DNA of 64,000 nt from Squalus acanthias. Taxonomy: Eukaryota. Under the pieces are notes generated by a model. That model ran no database searches. It was not told the origin of the DNA and saw nothing but the letters and a program-made list of their open reading frames with translations. Shown here one piece after another: positions 63,013 through 64,000 of this stretch (the first letter of the stretch is position 1; every line of letters begins with the position of its first letter). The stretch spans positions 104,348,001 to 104,412,000 of the forward strand of contig CM059431.1 in NCBI GenBank assembly GCA_030390025.1. Reading direction: 5' to 3'. The position numbers were made by a program, and so were the translations under genes.

Positions 63013-64000
63013 GTGTCAGCCGTGGCTCAATGGGTCGCACTCTCGCGTCTGAGTCAGAAGGTCATTGGTTCAAGTCCCACTCCAGAGACTTGGGGCTGGA
63101 TTTTACTCACCGAGATGAGTTGGGGGCGGGACTGCTGCCTTCCGGGTTCTAGTCCCGCCCCCAGCGACGTCCGACGCACAGACGCTATTTTCCCCTGATT
63201 GGCCTTGTTAAGCCCGCCCTGCGTAGCTTGCTGGCCAATTAAGGGAAAGCTGGGGTCAGATGACGTCAGTTGATGACGCTTCATCTGCCGGTTTTCTTAA
63301 AGGGACATGTACCATTTATTTTTGACAGATGATTTGACAGTGTTTGACAGCATTGAGGTGCTGTCAAAACACTGACAATCACTGTACAAAGGTGAGCCCT
63401 TGCACCCAGACTCTCCAATGACTCTCTCCTTAGGATAAAACAGATGGCAGCTGCAGGTGAGGTTACAGAAGCGATCTGTCACTTCTCCCAATGAGGTGAG
63501 GCCACACAAACACTTCAAAGCTTGTCACCTACAGAAAACTCCAAACACAATAAAAATGACTTTCCCAACATTTCCTTACCTCTGATACTCACTAGTGCCC
63601 CATTGCATCCTTCACACCACTTCTGCAGCTGTCATCTATACACAAACATTACAACAGACCCACAGCACGCCTCCCTTACCCTGGCGGGGTTCCCCGACAT
63701 CAGGAAGCCCGCAGCAGAAGTCTCAAAATGGGAAAAAGCCTCTTAACTGCCTGTTAACTACCTGTTAACAAGCAGTTAAGTGGCTATAATCCTCTTCCCG
63801 CCGCTAGGAGTCGGGTCCCTGCGCAAATCGGGGACCCGACTGCCAGGAAGATTGGTTGGAGGCGGGTTGGCAGCGGGTTCGGGACCCGCTCCCATTCTTT
63901 TTGATTTTCCCAGCAATCCCGCCTCCAGACCCACCTCCTCATGGCTGGTAAAATCCAGCCCTTGAGCACAAAATCTAGGCTGACACTCCAGTGCAGTACT
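63013..64000 (+). mobile_element. DeuSINE-like SINE head split by a family C MITE
   Basis: GTGTCAGCCGTGGCTCAATGG...CCAGAGAC-TTG-AGCACAAAATCTAGG is restored on removing the insert. Confidence 0.8.
63093..63961. mobile_element. Family C MITE
   Basis: TIR GGGCTGGATTTTAC / GTAAAATCCAGCCC; perfect TSD TTG. Confidence 0.88.

Overview
Eukaryotic, repeat-saturated vertebrate DNA. The repeat content (HE1-like V-SINE, SacSINE1-like DeuSINE, abundant CR1 and L2) points to a cartilaginous fish; this is an inference from family resemblance, not a database result. The dominant system is a PIF/Harbinger DNA-transposon radiation. Two near full-length two-gene elements lie in opposite orientation (21319-27178, dead; 29724-34140, intact 387-aa DDE transposase, TTA target duplication). 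Each carries a convergent three-exon Myb/SANT-like partner gene. There is also an older fossil with the same layout (about 12.3-15.3 kb) and at least four non-coding 0.7-0.9 kb MITE families with related GGG..(A/G)AATTT-like ends and 3-bp target duplications. Other features: four solo LTRs (TG..CA, 4-bp TSD; three related and mosaic), CR1, L2, RTE and Ingi/Vingi-like LINE pieces, an internally deleted LINE that shares its tail with a SINE, a Penelope-type hammerhead-like motif, and a 25-bp minisatellite. Three short phase-compatible candidate exons of an unidentified + strand host gene sit in the rare unique sequence. No CRISPR, rRNA or true tRNA gene is supported. Boundaries backed by a TSD are exact; the rest are approximate.
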